From Ranitomeya imitator (Eukaryota), in assembly GCF_032444005.1 (NCBI RefSeq), contig NC_091288.1, positions 215,388,001-215,452,000 on the forward strand: DNA of 64,000 nucleotides, in the 5' to 3' direction. The position numbers and the translations under genes are program-made. Under the pieces are notes generated by a model that made no database searches, was not told the DNA's origin, and was given only the letters and a program-made list of their open reading frames with translations. Numbering within the stretch: position 1 is the stretch's first letter; every line of letters starts with the position of its first letter. Shown piece by piece: positions 44,601-56,551 of this stretch.

Positions 44601-47600
44601 GGCGGCTGAGGTGGAAGTGTCAATGGGGATATTGAAGTCACCCATGATGATCGTGGGGATGTCGGCTGAGAGAAAATGAAGTAGCTAGATGGTGAAGTGG
44701 TCAATAAAAGGTGGAGATGGCTAGTTCTGGGGGGGCGGTACATGACAGCCAGCTGGAGATTGGAGGGGGAGTAGATGCAGATGGAGTGCACCTTGAATGA
44801 GGGAAGAGTAGCAGAGGGTGGTAGTGGAATTGGGGTAAAGGAGCAGGTATCGTACAGGAGCAAGCCAACCCCTCCACCATGTTTGTTGCTGGGGCGAGGG
44901 GTGTGAGAGAGGTGGAATCCACCATAGGAAAGAGCGGCTGGAGAGGCTGAGTCAGAGGCGGTGAGCCAGGTTTCAGTGATGCCGAGGAAGGAGAGTTTGT
45001 TATTGATAAAGAGGTCTTGGATAAATGACAGTTTATTGCAGACAAGAGCGTGCGTTCCATAGTGCTCCAGGTAGGGAAATTGGGGGAGTGGGGGCTGGAT
45101 GAATGGGTATGAGGTTACTGTGGTTGCGAGGACGTGTAGAGGATCGTGGCAGGGGATTAGAAATGAGTGTGGGGATGTGATGAGGAGGGCCAGGATTTGG
45201 GGATATGTCGCCAGCAATGAGGAGCAGCAGACAGAGCGTTAGAAGGTGTGAGCAGGATAGGTCATGATGTGGCCGTGTGTGTCTGGAGAGAAAGGATTGT
45301 GTGTGGAGGAATAGTTCTGTGGAGGAGGTGAGGTGACTGGGGAGGATGGAGGAAGAAATGACTAGTTCCTTACTGGGTGGAGGGATTACAGGAGATAGGA
45401 AGAAATAAAGTAGTATGGGGGTGAATGTTACAGGAAACCGAAACATTATTGAAGTTTTCTATTCCTTTACCTTCCAGTTAATTCCAGTCCAATTCATGGT
45501 AATTAAAAATCTATAATTTAAAAGATGGAATTTCAAAGATGGTCAGACACGTCTGGTCAGACTCATGGCTTTGAATTTATGTGCACCTAAGGGCTCACAG
45601 CTGAGAGGGGGGATGTGGGCCTGTGTGTGTCCAGAGCACATGTTCACAGTTAAGAAGGTAATAAAGAGGGGGTGGGGTAGATGGCCACTCAGGTATGCCA
45701 GGAAGACACAAGAGGAGTGAAATACATATGGATAGAAAATAATGGGTAAGCAAAGCATGCCAGGTGGCAATTACATGCACTTCACATAGACAGACATAGC
45801 AGGAAAAGCTGAGTAGATGAGCAGCATACCAGGTGGCAATTATATGCACTTCATATAGAAAGACATAGCAGGAAAAGCTGAGTAGATGAGCAGCATACCA
45901 GGTGGCAATTATATGCACTTCATATAGAAAGACATAGCAGGAAAAGCTGAGTAGATGAGCAGCATACCTGTGGGTAGACAAAACAACTCGATTAGATGAT
46001 GCAGTTGGTGATGAGGATGATGAAAGTACAGCTGTGATGAATGGGTAAATGCTTCATGGAATTCTAGTCTAATTCATGGTAATTAAAAATCTAATTTAAA
46101 AGATGGAATTTCAAAGATGGTCAGACACGTCTGGTCAGACTCATGGCTTTGAATTTAAGATGGAGGCAGATGGAGGCACTATGGATGCCTTCTGACCTAT
46201 GATCTAGCGGTGTTCGTTTTTTTTAGGTGTATTAGTAACACATGGATCGACAGCCTATAAAATGTTCACACCCCCTTGTCTGCATCCTGTATACAGCTCG
46301 CCACGGGTGCTCTGTACTACACGTATTCTGCGCTGGAAGAGGAGCTTGACCGAAACAAGGAGAACCCGGCCATCGCACCCCTGTATTTCCCTCAGGAGCT
46401 GCACAGGGCGGAGGCGCTACAGAAAGATGTCACCTACTTCTATGGTGAAGATTGGAAGGACACGATCCAGTGCTCTGAGGCCACACAGGCTTACGTAGAC
46501 CGGATCCGCCACTTAGGCCGTCACAAGCCAGAACTGCTGGTGGCTCACGCCTACACCAGGTACATGGGGGATCTGTCAGGAGGTCAAGTCCTGAAGAAGG
46601 TGGCACAGAGAGCCCTGCACCTGCCCAACACCGGGGAAGGGATCCAGTTCTACATGTTTGATAATGTCACGAATGCCCAGCAGTTCAAGCAACTCTACAG
46701 GGCCCGACTCAACACACTGGAACTGAATGCCAAGGCGAAGGAGGACATGGTGGAAGAAGCAAACAAAGCCTTCCAGTTTAATATGCAGGTATGTGTCTAA
46801 CAGTGCCTGGAATTATGAGAACTATAATGCCGCCCTTATGTACAAGAATGTAACTACTATAATACTGCTCTTATGTACAAGAATATAACTACTATAATAC
46901 TGCCCCCTATGTACAAAAATATAACTACTATATTACTGCCCCTATGTACAAGAATAACACTACTATAATACTGCTCCTATGTTCAAGAATATAACTACTA
47001 TATTACTGCTCCTATGTACAAGAATATATCTACTATAATACTGCCCCCTATGTACAAGAATATAACTACTATAATACTGCGTCATGTACAAGAATATAAC
47101 TACTATAATACTGGCCCTATGTACAAGAATATAACTACTATAATACTGCTCCTATGTGCAAGAATATAACTACTATAATATGCTCCTATGTACAAGAATA
47201 TAACTCCTATAATACTGTCCCCTATGTACAAGAATATAACTACTATCATACTGCTCCTGTGTACAAGAATATAACTACTATAATACTGCTGCTATGTACA
47301 AGAATATAACTACTATAATACTGCTCCTATGTACAAGAATATAACTACTATAATACTGCTCCTATGTACAAGAATATAACTACTATAATACTGCTCCTAT
47401 GTACAAGAATATAACTACTATAATACTGCTCCTATGTACAAGAATATAACTACTATAATACTGCCCCTATGTACAAGAATATAACTACTATAATACTGCC
47501 CCTATGTACAAGAATATAACTACTATAATACTGCTCCTATGTACAAGAATATAACTACTATAATACTGCTCCTATGTACAAGAATATAACTACTATAATA

Positions 47601-48551
47601 CTGCTCCTATGTACAAGAATATAACTAATATAATACTGCTCCTATGTACAAGAATATAACTACTATAATACTGCCCCTATGTACAAGAATATAACTACTA
47701 TAATACTGCTCCTATGTACAAGAATATAACTAATATAATACTGCTCCTATGTACAAGAATATAACTACTATAATACTGTCCCCAATGTACAATAATATAA
47801 CTACTATAATACTGCTCCTATGTACAAGAATATAACTACTATAATACTGCTGCTATGTACAAGAATATAACTCCTATAATACTGTCCCCAATGTACAATA
47901 ATATAACTACTATAATACTGCTCCTATGTACAAGAATATAACTACTATAATACTGCCCCTATGTGCAAGAATATAACTACTATAATACTGCTCCTATGTA
48001 CAAGAATATAACTACTATAATACTGCCCCTATGTACAAGAATATAACTCCTATAATACTGTCCCCAATGTACAATAATATAACTACTATAATACTGCCCC
48101 TATGTACAAGAATATTACTGCTATAATACTGACCTTATGTACAGGAATATAACTATAATACTGCCCCCTATATTGAAGTGATTGTGGTAATTTTGTACTT
48201 TTTCATTTTCTGAAGGTATTTGAGGAGTTGGATAAGATAGGAACCACCATCCCTGATGAAGCACAAGATGGCGGACTTCCAGTGCATGATGGGAAGGGAG
48301 ATATTCGCAAATGCCCGTATTATGCTGCAAAAGGTGCGTGTAGGTGTCACACATTACATATGTACACATACGTAAATACGCACAGTATAGTGATGTGCAG
48401 GGGTCTCATCTCCTCCTCTCTCGCAGATGCTGCCTCCTCAGGATGTCCACTCCACGCTGCTCTGGCTCTAACAGGTCGCCCGGAAGTTAAAGCAGCACTA
48501 GCCGCTTTCGCCGCCGCCATCGCTGCCACCATCGCTTGGTATCTTATGTGA
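37865..48551 (+). CDS. HMOX2: Heme oxygenase 2, copy 1, 307 aa; coding exons 37865-37935, 39772-39889, 46297-46788, 48216-48333, 48427-48551 (exon acceptor at 37823, 41-nt UTR)
   Basis: In-frame GT-AG exons of 71/118/492/118/125 nt: MSSAQEES...[29 protein letters not shown]...[21 protein letters not shown]...RKCPYY...GCPLH...AWYLM. Two C-terminal Cys-Pro heme regulatory motifs and a membrane anchor identify HO-2 rather than HO-1. The third mammalian CP (VQCP) is IQCS here. Adjacency to NMRAL1 matches mammalian gene order. Confidence 0.96.
38442..38613. other. Assembly gap (172 N) in AT-rich low-complexity sequence
   Basis: N run flanked by TA-rich tracts. Confidence 0.99.
38888..39091. mobile_element. 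204-bp non-autonomous Tc1/mariner element
   Basis: TA|cagtgaaggaaataagtattcga ... tcgaatacttatttccaccactg|TA: terminal inverted repeats with TA target duplication. Confidence 0.85.
40675..41555. repeat. Pyrimidine-rich minisatellite (gctccctgttccgtc, 15 bp) grading into shorter variants
   Basis: Read directly; source of the SLFRR/PVPSL/GTEQG periodic ORFs. Confidence 0.93.
42048..46170 (-). mobile_element. Near full-length, frameshifted L2-clade LINE in HMOX2 intron
   Basis: (TAA)n tail at ~42048; RT fragments ([34 protein letters not shown]) in 42767..43876; APE endonuclease (GITETWL, MGDFN) in 44346..45217; N-terminal [13 protein letters not shown]. 5' boundary is approximate. Confidence 0.9.
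46822..48172. repeat. 35-bp minisatellite (ctatgtacaagaatataactactataatactgctc)n filling an HMOX2 intron; reverse complement of 13352-16256
   Basis: Same unit as the NMRAL1-B array on the opposite strand. Confidence 0.96.
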
Positions 48552-48709
48552 TCTGGGTCACAATTTGGTTTTTCGGACTCTGTATGGAAGATCTTGGCCA
48601 CAAGGACATTAACATTCCCATTACAATGCCTCCTCCTCTGATGGCGCGTTGGTTTGTGATTTTTTTTTTTCCCTGCTGTGATCTTGTCTTGCTTAACCTA
48701 TAGACTGCT

Positions 48710-48715
48710 ATTAAA
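48710..48715 (+). terminator. Candidate HMOX2 polyadenylation signal ATTAAA (alternative AATAAA at 49603-49608)
   Basis: Hexamers downstream of the TGA at 48551; usage not demonstrable from sequence. Confidence 0.4.
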
Positions 48716-51113
48716 GAACTGCCGGGAAGGGGGTTTCTCGGCCTAGGGAGTATTAACCCCTTAATGTTCAGATTCAGGGGTTATATGCACTATAACTGTG
48801 TTCTAATAGGTCGGTGAGCACAGCCATAAGCACACAATAGGTCTTACCCTAGAAGTCGCCATTGGCTGCTCATCTACCACTTACTGTATATTACGAGATG
48901 TGTTGAGAGGATTTAGCCATATGTATATGCAAGACTCCCAAAGATGATTTCATGATTTATTACGGATGAAGTATTAATGGTTTGGTGCTGCCACGTGAGG
49001 AAACCATCTTGTTTTTGGAGCTGTAGTTCCTCGTAGATTTTTAGATATACTGTGACGCCAATATGGCCGGCCATCGACACAGCCCGGAATTTCGTGCCTC
49101 TTTGAGAATCCATTCACTTCTAACAGTTTACTCATCAGATTTTACATATCGATCATTGAAGATCATCCATCCAATATGGCCGCCGTGACACCTTTCCTGA
49201 GGGCTACAATGGGATTTTGCCTAGTGATGCATCTCCTGTTTGCCTTTTTTACAGTCTGACCACCACTGTTGCTGCCATATTGTTTTTGAACCAGATTTTC
49301 CAGAAATGGATTTCTAAGAAATTGCTAAGAATTTGGATTTTTAGGGGGATAACGCTGTGTAAATATCACCAGTAACAGAGACTAGGTGTAGGCGGCCATA
49401 TTGGTGACCTTAGATTACAACTAGAGAGGCGCAAATAACATTGTGCCTCATACCTCATTACTCCATCAACGGTTTGGCTAGAAAATGGCCGCCTTTTGCT
49501 GTCCTTAATTCTTACAAGGTAACGGTTGTGTGAGTGTGCGGAGCTCGGATGTCTGAGCCGTTCCTCGCTTGGAGATAACAAAAGGAGCTTTTTGTGTAAC
49601 TCAATAAATTATATTAAAATATCGAATGTGTAAGTTGTTCCTACTTCGGATGCTTTTATCGTGGACAAGCGGCGCCCGTATCAATCAATATTTTCCTCAA
49701 TGACTCCTCGAGACACTTTCTCTTCCATTGACCTCAGTCGTATGAGAGTGTCTGGTTGCTATTCACTCTGTTTGTCCACAACAACCGGTCTGTCAGACAT
49801 GATTAAGTTGTTTAACTCTGTCATCCCTTGTCATCCGGCATTATTATTAATCAGACGTTTTCCCAAAATTTGACTCCCCTGCCTCAGGAAGAGGGCATCA
49901 CCTCCAACAGCCCCCTCTATTTACTGTATTCACGTCATCAGTCATGTTTTATGTTCTCTGTCAGACTATATCACCACCCACAGGCAGACAGAGGCTTCGA
50001 CAAAACATGGGGCACTGCACTCCGACCATGTTTGTCAGAACTGTTTTATAATCCATGGCAACCAATCAGCTTCTTATTCCACCACAGAGCAACCAATCAG
50101 AGCTCAGCTTTCGTTTTACCTCAGCAGTGTAAGATTTGACTGAGGTGGTCATCTACTCTGTCAGTCAGTGTTTCTCTGTGGCAGGCGGTAGGAATGTGTA
50201 TGTCTCCATCATGGCGAGTTGTGATAGTCAAGACCGATGTACCCGACACATTGTAATTGGCCACCGGATACGGAGGTAGACGGCCATGTAGAGTCGTCAC
50301 AATAGATCATGGCGGATGAATAATGATAATCTTTATTTTTATATAGCGCTAACATATTCCGCAGTGCTTTACAGTTTGAACACATGATCATAGATGAAGT
50401 GCGATTCTATGGAACTGGGTGTGTTGCCTCACAGAAAACTCGCATGAAAAAAAATCTCCCCTTTATGACCCCAAAATCTGTGTTTTGATGCTCGGATCAT
50501 GGGTTTTATATTCTGTGGTGAGAATGTGAACACATCCATGTAGGGGAACTTCTTCCTAAAATTTCTTGCACAGGGTCCTGTTTGTAGCCCACCCTGGCTT
50601 TACTTCCAATTGGAGACCACTTTAGTAAATCATTCTCCCCACAGCCAGGTCTCCGTATAATGATCTTTGGTTGCCAATAGAAATGGCTTTCTGTCCTACT
50701 TCTCCGGAAAGGATCAGAGCCTCTGTAGTAGATGACAGTGTAAGTGAAAGGAAGATTATATTGTCATATGTGCATGAGCTGCCAGAGGGGGGAGGAGACT
50801 TATCTTCTCAAAAGCACAGAATGGCTTCATGTGGAAGCAAAAAATGCTTAAAAATGTATCTTGATACTAGAAAAAAAGATGACTCAAGGACTTAAATTTA
50901 CCGAGGGCTAAAACAAAGTTTTGTGGCTCATGTCGTGATATTTTTTACTTTGGCCATAACAAACCACAATGAGTGAAGTTTTTTGGCTCTATTTAAGTAA
51001 TGGGAACTAAATATAAACCCACGGAATAAAATCCACCTTGATCACGGCTTGTGAGGAGCAGTGTAGTGGAAACTAATCCATAGGCTGGCTGGAACGTTGG
51101 ACATCTTGTTAAG

Positions 51114-51297
51114 CAAGGATGTCAAACTGCATTCCTCGAGGGCCGCAAACAGGTCGTGTTTTCAGGATTTCCTTGTATTGCACAGGTGATAATTTAATCA
51201 CCTGCACAGAATGATTCCAGCACCTTGTGTATTGCAAAGGAAATCTTGAAAACACGCATGGTCTGAGGCCCTCGAGGAATGCAGTTTGACACCCCTG
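51114..51297. mobile_element. 184-bp hAT-type MITE
   Basis: TIRs caaggatgtcaaactgcattcctcgagggc / gccctcgaggaatgcagtttgacacccctg; perfect 8-bp TSD TTGTTAAG (51106-51113, 51298-51305). Confidence 0.9.
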
Positions 51298-51384
51298 TTG
51301 TTAAGTGTGGTACACTTGACATGCCGACAGATCAAGGAATGTAATTCACAGCAATGGAGGGGTGCTATGGGCTTTCCTATATTG

Positions 51385-51600
51385 TAACCATAAGAGGGTA
51401 TCCTCTACGTCTAGAGGAAGAAAGAAAAACTTTCTGCACCAACATATATGAGGATTCTTTACTGTAAGAGCAGTGAGAGCATGGAACTCTATGCCGGGGG
51501 AAAGTTGTAGTGAATTAACTACAAGGGTTTATAAGGAGCATGGATGCCTTTCTGAAAGTCATAATATCACAAGTTATGGCTACTAGACTGCTAGAAATGC
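51385..51600 (+). mobile_element. Degenerate CR1 3' fragment
   Basis: ggtatcctctacgtctagaggaa...ttctttactgtaagagcagtgagagcatggaactct aligns by eye with the RGHxLRLEE...FFTVRAVRxWN end of the CR1 at 2299-3233. Confidence 0.7.
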
Positions 51601-51800
51601 AGCAGGTTATTATTCTGAGTGTCAGATTTGGAGTCTGGAAGGAATTTTTTCATTTTAGGATGAGGAAAATTGACTTTTGCATTGATGAGTTGGGGGGGGG
51701 GGGGGGGGATATGCTGAACGAGATGTCCTCAAGTATTGTTTTTGCCATGCGAGGTATGTTGCGAAGTTACACCATCGTTCCTCATGGTTTCGCTGCCTCC

Positions 51801-51975
51801 TCACGTTTCTGCACTTTTAGGGAACCATTGGATCTGTTTAGTCACATTTTTATTAAAATAATAAATAAACCCTGACTACAGCAGAGACTTACGGAAGTAA
51901 TCATGGGAGGTAGCTGCTGGGATTGCATATATGGAGGTCACCCTGCAGCTGGTCATGTGCGTTGCTCTGAACAGA
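51801..51975 (+). promoter_or_regulatory. Degenerate duplicate of the HMOX2 proximal promoter (upstream of copy 2)
   Basis: gggaaccattggatctg, cagcagag, tacggaagt, ctgggattg, ggtcaccctgcagc are collinear with 37545-37682; ARE reads TGTTTAGTCAC, TATA reads CATATATG, donor absent. Confidence 0.8.
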
Positions 51976-52699
51976 GGGTTGAGACGAAGGGTAGGCTTAT
52001 GCAAACAACACTGGCGGGCATGGTACCGCATAGGGTTAAATCCAGGTGCCGGGGTCAGCACCTTCCTCTTTCTCCCCAGCGGACCCTCTGGAACCATTTC
52101 TCCCACTCTCCCTCCCTTACATATTCACTGATGTTTTGTGCTGTTAGGATAAAGAAAAATGTTTTAATATTTGAAATTTAAAACTGACGATAATAATACT
52201 GTTCTTATTAAGTCACAGCGGAAGTGGAGGGAGGGGCGAAGGTTCATAGCCGCTCATTGGCTGCCCGCCTGCTGGTCGCAGACTGGGCCCACGGCTGTGA
52301 GCCTGTTGCGAAATGTAATTGCCCCTCTGTGACCGACTCGTTTCAACCCATCTAGGCCTGTTTGTGTTGTCTTTTCGGGATCAGAGGGAGGGGGGAAGGC
52401 ACTGTTTACGGCACACAGGTCTCCGCAGTCTTAATTTTCAGGGCACCATGTCGGGATGTGCTGCAGAAGATTGGAGAAGAAGGAAGTCTGCAGAGAAGAG
52501 CTGTGGATGTTAAAAGTCACCATGGCATCTGGACAAGATGGAGACGAAAAGAAATAAATGACTCAATTAGAGAAGATGGCATCTATAAGGTTCCTGTATG
52601 TAAATGTTTACTTGTTGATACTGGCTATGTCTCATGAGTACTGTGTTCTTGTATGGTCCACAGTCTGATAATGATATAACAGCTCCCAGCATCTTCTTA

Positions 52700-53037
52700 G
52701 GGTATGTGCACACGTCAGGATTTCTTGCAGAAATTTTCCTGACAAAAACCGGACATTTCTGCCAGAAATCCGCATGCGTTTTTACCGCGATTTTACCACG
52801 ATTTTAACGCGTTTTTGGTGCGTTTTTTTGTGCGTTTTTCCCCAAATGCATAGAATTGCGGGAAAACGCAGAAAATCTGCAAAAATAATGAACATGCTCA
52901 TTTTTTTTCCGCGATGCGTTTTTTTTCGCGGAACAAAACGCATCCATGTGCACATAACATGCAGAATGCATTCTAAATGATAGAATGCATAATGTATGCA
53001 AAAAAACGCGAAAAAACCTGAACGTGTGCACATAGCC
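52700..53037. mobile_element. PIF/Harbinger-type MITE, 338 bp
   Basis: TTA|gggtatgtgcacacgt ... acgtgtgcacatagcc|TTA. Confidence 0.85.
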
Positions 53038-53147
53038 TTACTATTGTTAAGGACATACTGTGAGTTGTAGATTCATGAAATACAAATGTAAATGGGCCTG
53101 ACTTGATATTACAATTGATAGCTGTACTAAGCTTTATGATGTATTAA

Positions 53148-53984
53148 AGGGAACCTGTCACCCCGGTTTTTAAGCACGAGATAAAAATACTGTTAAATAG
53201 GGCCTGAGCTGTGCGTTAGTTACTGTAGTGTATTTTGTGTACCCTGATTCCACCCCTAAGCTGCCGAAATAACTTACCAAAGTCGCCATTTTCGCCTGTC
53301 AATCAGGCTGGTCAGGTCAGATGGGCGTGGCGACATCGCTGTATCTTCCCCCAGATCTTGCATATATTTCCGTTGGTGGCGTAGTGGTTTGCGCATACCC
53401 ATCTTCTGAATCCACTGGGCAGGAGAAGAAAAAACGCGCGATGGGCGCTATTTCCCTGGTGATCTGTGGGGGCGGCCATCTTCCTGAGGCCGCGCGTGCA
53501 CATATGGAGTCGTCTGCTGCCCGGGGCTTCAGGAAAATGGCCGCGGGATGCCGCGCGTGCGCAGATGGAGATCGCGGCAGCCATTTTCCTGAAGCAGAGT
53601 TCGCATCTCAACTTCAGGAAAATGGCCGCCGCGGACTCCATATGCGCACGCGCGGCCTCAGGATCACCCCCACAGATCACCAGGGAAATAGCGCCGATCG
53701 CGCGTTTTTTCTTCTGCCCAGTGGATTCAGAAGATGGGCATGCGCAAACCACTACGCCACCAACGGAAATATATGCAAGATCTGGGGGAAGATACAGCGA
53801 TGTCGCCACGCCCATCTGACCTGACCAGCCTGATTGACAGGCGAAAACGGCGACTTTGGTAAGTTATTTCAGCAGCTTAGGGGTGGAATCAGGGTACACA
53901 AAATACACTATAGTAACGCACAGCTCAGGCCCTATTTAACAGTATTTTTATCTCGTACTGAAAAACCAGGGTGACAGGTTCCCT
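53148..53984. mobile_element. Kolobok/T2-type palindromic MITE, 837 bp
   Basis: TTAA|agggaacctgtcacc ... ggtgacaggttccct|TTAA; almost fully self-complementary (near-identical ORFs on both strands, 53321..53824 and 53312..53815). Confidence 0.9.
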
Positions 53985-54420
53985 TTAATGTACTGATGGT
54001 GATTCTGGTGTTGTGTTCGTGTACTAATTACATTTAAATAGCTTCCCATTTGCTGTGTGTCCATGTTCGGGACTAGGTCATGCTCATCCCTTATTCACAT
54101 AGGGTGAATAGGACTAAATTCATGCCAATTTATATGGAAACTGGGGATGGATCACCTTTATCTTCTGGACCTGTTAATCATGAGACAATTGCAATAGAAA
54201 TCTGTATGGAACCTGATCATTGTGAAACTGTTCGTTTTCATCTTATTTCTTCTCCAAAGTTTCTATTCTATGAATTCCCTGGTTTTCAATTCATAACTCT
54301 TTTATCAATTGGGCATCAAGGGCCATTGCCTTTCCATTCTGAGTACTGTAAAGACAATTGCGACACTAATCAATCTGTTCTCAAACAAATCCAAGTCTCG
54401 GAGATTTCTCGTCAGAGTTA

Positions 54421-55400
54421 CAGTTATGGTTGAAATTGTTGGCAGCCTTCACTTTGTTCCAGAAAATGAAGTATTTTTTCCAGAAAATTATTGTAGTTAC
54501 GGTACATATACTTTGTTATATACGTTTATTTTCTTTGTGTATATAGGAACAACACACAAAAAAAACATAGCCAATAGGAAAAATGGATAATATTACATCA
54601 ATATACAAAACCCCCAAAATGGGCCAGACAAAATTGTTGGCACCTTTCCAAAATTATGAGTAAACAACTTTGTTTTCAAGCATGTGATGCTCGTTCAAAC
54701 TCGCTTGTGGCAAGTAACAGGTGTGGGCAATCTGAAAATCACACTTGAAAACCGATTAAAAGCCGAGAAGTTGACTCAATTTCTACACTGTTTGTATGTG
54801 TGTTCCACCCTAGGCATGGAGAACAGAAAGAGAACTGCTTGAGGACCTGAGAACCAAAGTTATTGAAAATAACAATCTGAAGGCTACAAGTCCATCCCCA
54901 TATATCTTTATGTTTCTTTGTCCACGGTGTGCAATCTAAACAACCTAATCAAGAAGTTTACAATACATGGCACAGTAGCTAATCTCTCTTTAGGTGGATG
55001 GCAGAGAAAAATTGATGACCAGATGCAACGCAGGATAGTCTGCATGGTGGATAGAAAGCCCCAATAAAGTTCCAAATAAATTCAATCTGTCCTGCAGGCC
55101 CACAGTACATAAGTGTTGGAGCAAACTATACGTTAGCATCTCATCTCATTCAAATGTCATGTCAGGAAACCCAGGAGGACCCCCTGCTCACATAGAGACA
55201 TAAAAAAACTAGACTGTAGTTTGCCAAAATATTCATGCGTAAGCCAAAATCTTTCTGGGAAAGTATCTTGTGGACAGATGAGACCAAGATAGAGCTTTTT
55301 GGTAACGCACAGCATTCTATTGTTTACCGAAAACAGAATGAGGTCTACAAAGAAAATAACACAGTAGAAACAATAAAGTGGAGTTCCATACACAATAATA
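54421..55400 (+). mobile_element. Decayed Tc1 transposon (left end and transposase N-terminal part)
   Basis: TA|cagttatggttgaaattgttggca with inner repeat caaaattgttggcacc (~54629); ILWTDETKIELFG at ~55264-55302. Confidence 0.8.
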
Positions 55401-55542
55401 AAGTTTAAAAGAAAAAAATACTTTATTGCACATGATACTACAAAAATGTCACAAAATGAAGCACAAACATAGAACATAAAAACCATGGTGAGAAACAAAT
55501 GGGTCCAAGGCATAAAAAATAATAAGCATCACCATGGTGTAA

Positions 55543-55844
55543 GGCTACGTTCACATTTGCGTTGTGCGGGGCTGCGTCGGCGACGCAACGCACAACGCAA
55601 ACAAGAACGCATGCAAAACACATAGTTTTGCGACGCATGCGTCCTTTTTTTGCCGGATTTTGGACACAAAAAAAATGCATCTTGCTGCATCCTCTGCGCC
55701 CTAACGCTTGCGGCACAAAAGACGCATGCATCGCAAAACGCATGCAAACGCATGTCCATGCGCCCCCATGTTAAATATAGGGGCGCATGCGTCGCCGCGG
55801 CTGCGCCCGACGCAGCCCGGCAGAACGCTAATGTGAACGTAGCC
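55543..55844. mobile_element. PIF/Harbinger-type MITE, 302 bp
   Basis: TAA|ggctacgttcacatt ... aatgtgaacgtagcc|TTA; internal palindromic arms. Confidence 0.85.
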
Positions 55845-56551
55845 TTAGTGCGGGGCACTATGAACTTCAACAACATATGGTGTAAACCATGTATGTCAAT
55901 AAAGCATTAGGTATTAATGTAAACCTTAGCGCTAGCAATTATATAACAAAGATACCCCTCTAATAGTCAATTTCCCTGAGGCTGTCACAGTGACAATACG
56001 CCCCCAGAGGGGAAAAAGAAGAAAGTGCCCTTAGTAGCCATAAAGCTTACCCATGATGGACGTAACAAGATGCTGAGGAACCAGATCCAATCCCGCTGCC
56101 CCTACTCGCGTTTTGCCGTGTCTTCTCCTCCTTTTCACGATAGATCCCTTGTTCATTCCTGCTTTAGTAGCGATACTCTGTCTGGACTTGTTTTTATAAT
56201 GTATTAATTTATGTTAATATAATTTATACTATGGTTGAATATACTCTCTGAAATTTTATACTACATTTTATTAACATGCATTAACAAAACGCGCGTAGAG
56301 GCGGCAGGCTGGTATCCTCTTACTGTATAACCTAGTGAGTATTAGCCTAATACATGCACCTTATGACACTTTTTGTTACTCTGCCGGGACACATGCATTC
56401 TGTTGGGCTCTGACTTCCACTCCCTCACATGAGGATGTCACCCTGTGTTTAGGTCGTATGAGTGAGTGTCAGATCTAACCATGACTCTGTGCAGACTCTA
56501 GCTCTCTATTGTTTCCCTGTACATACACATTGATTAACTGCCTTATGATAG

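Noticed and set aside
49060-49500. Cluster of ccaatatggccgcc motifs (also ~40020) with a 14-bp inverted pair
   Set aside because: Short, no TSD or boundaries found; likely a fragment of a common repeat or YY1-like coincidence.
53312-53824. Matching 167-aa ORFs on both strands
   Set aside because: Consequence of the palindromic MITE.
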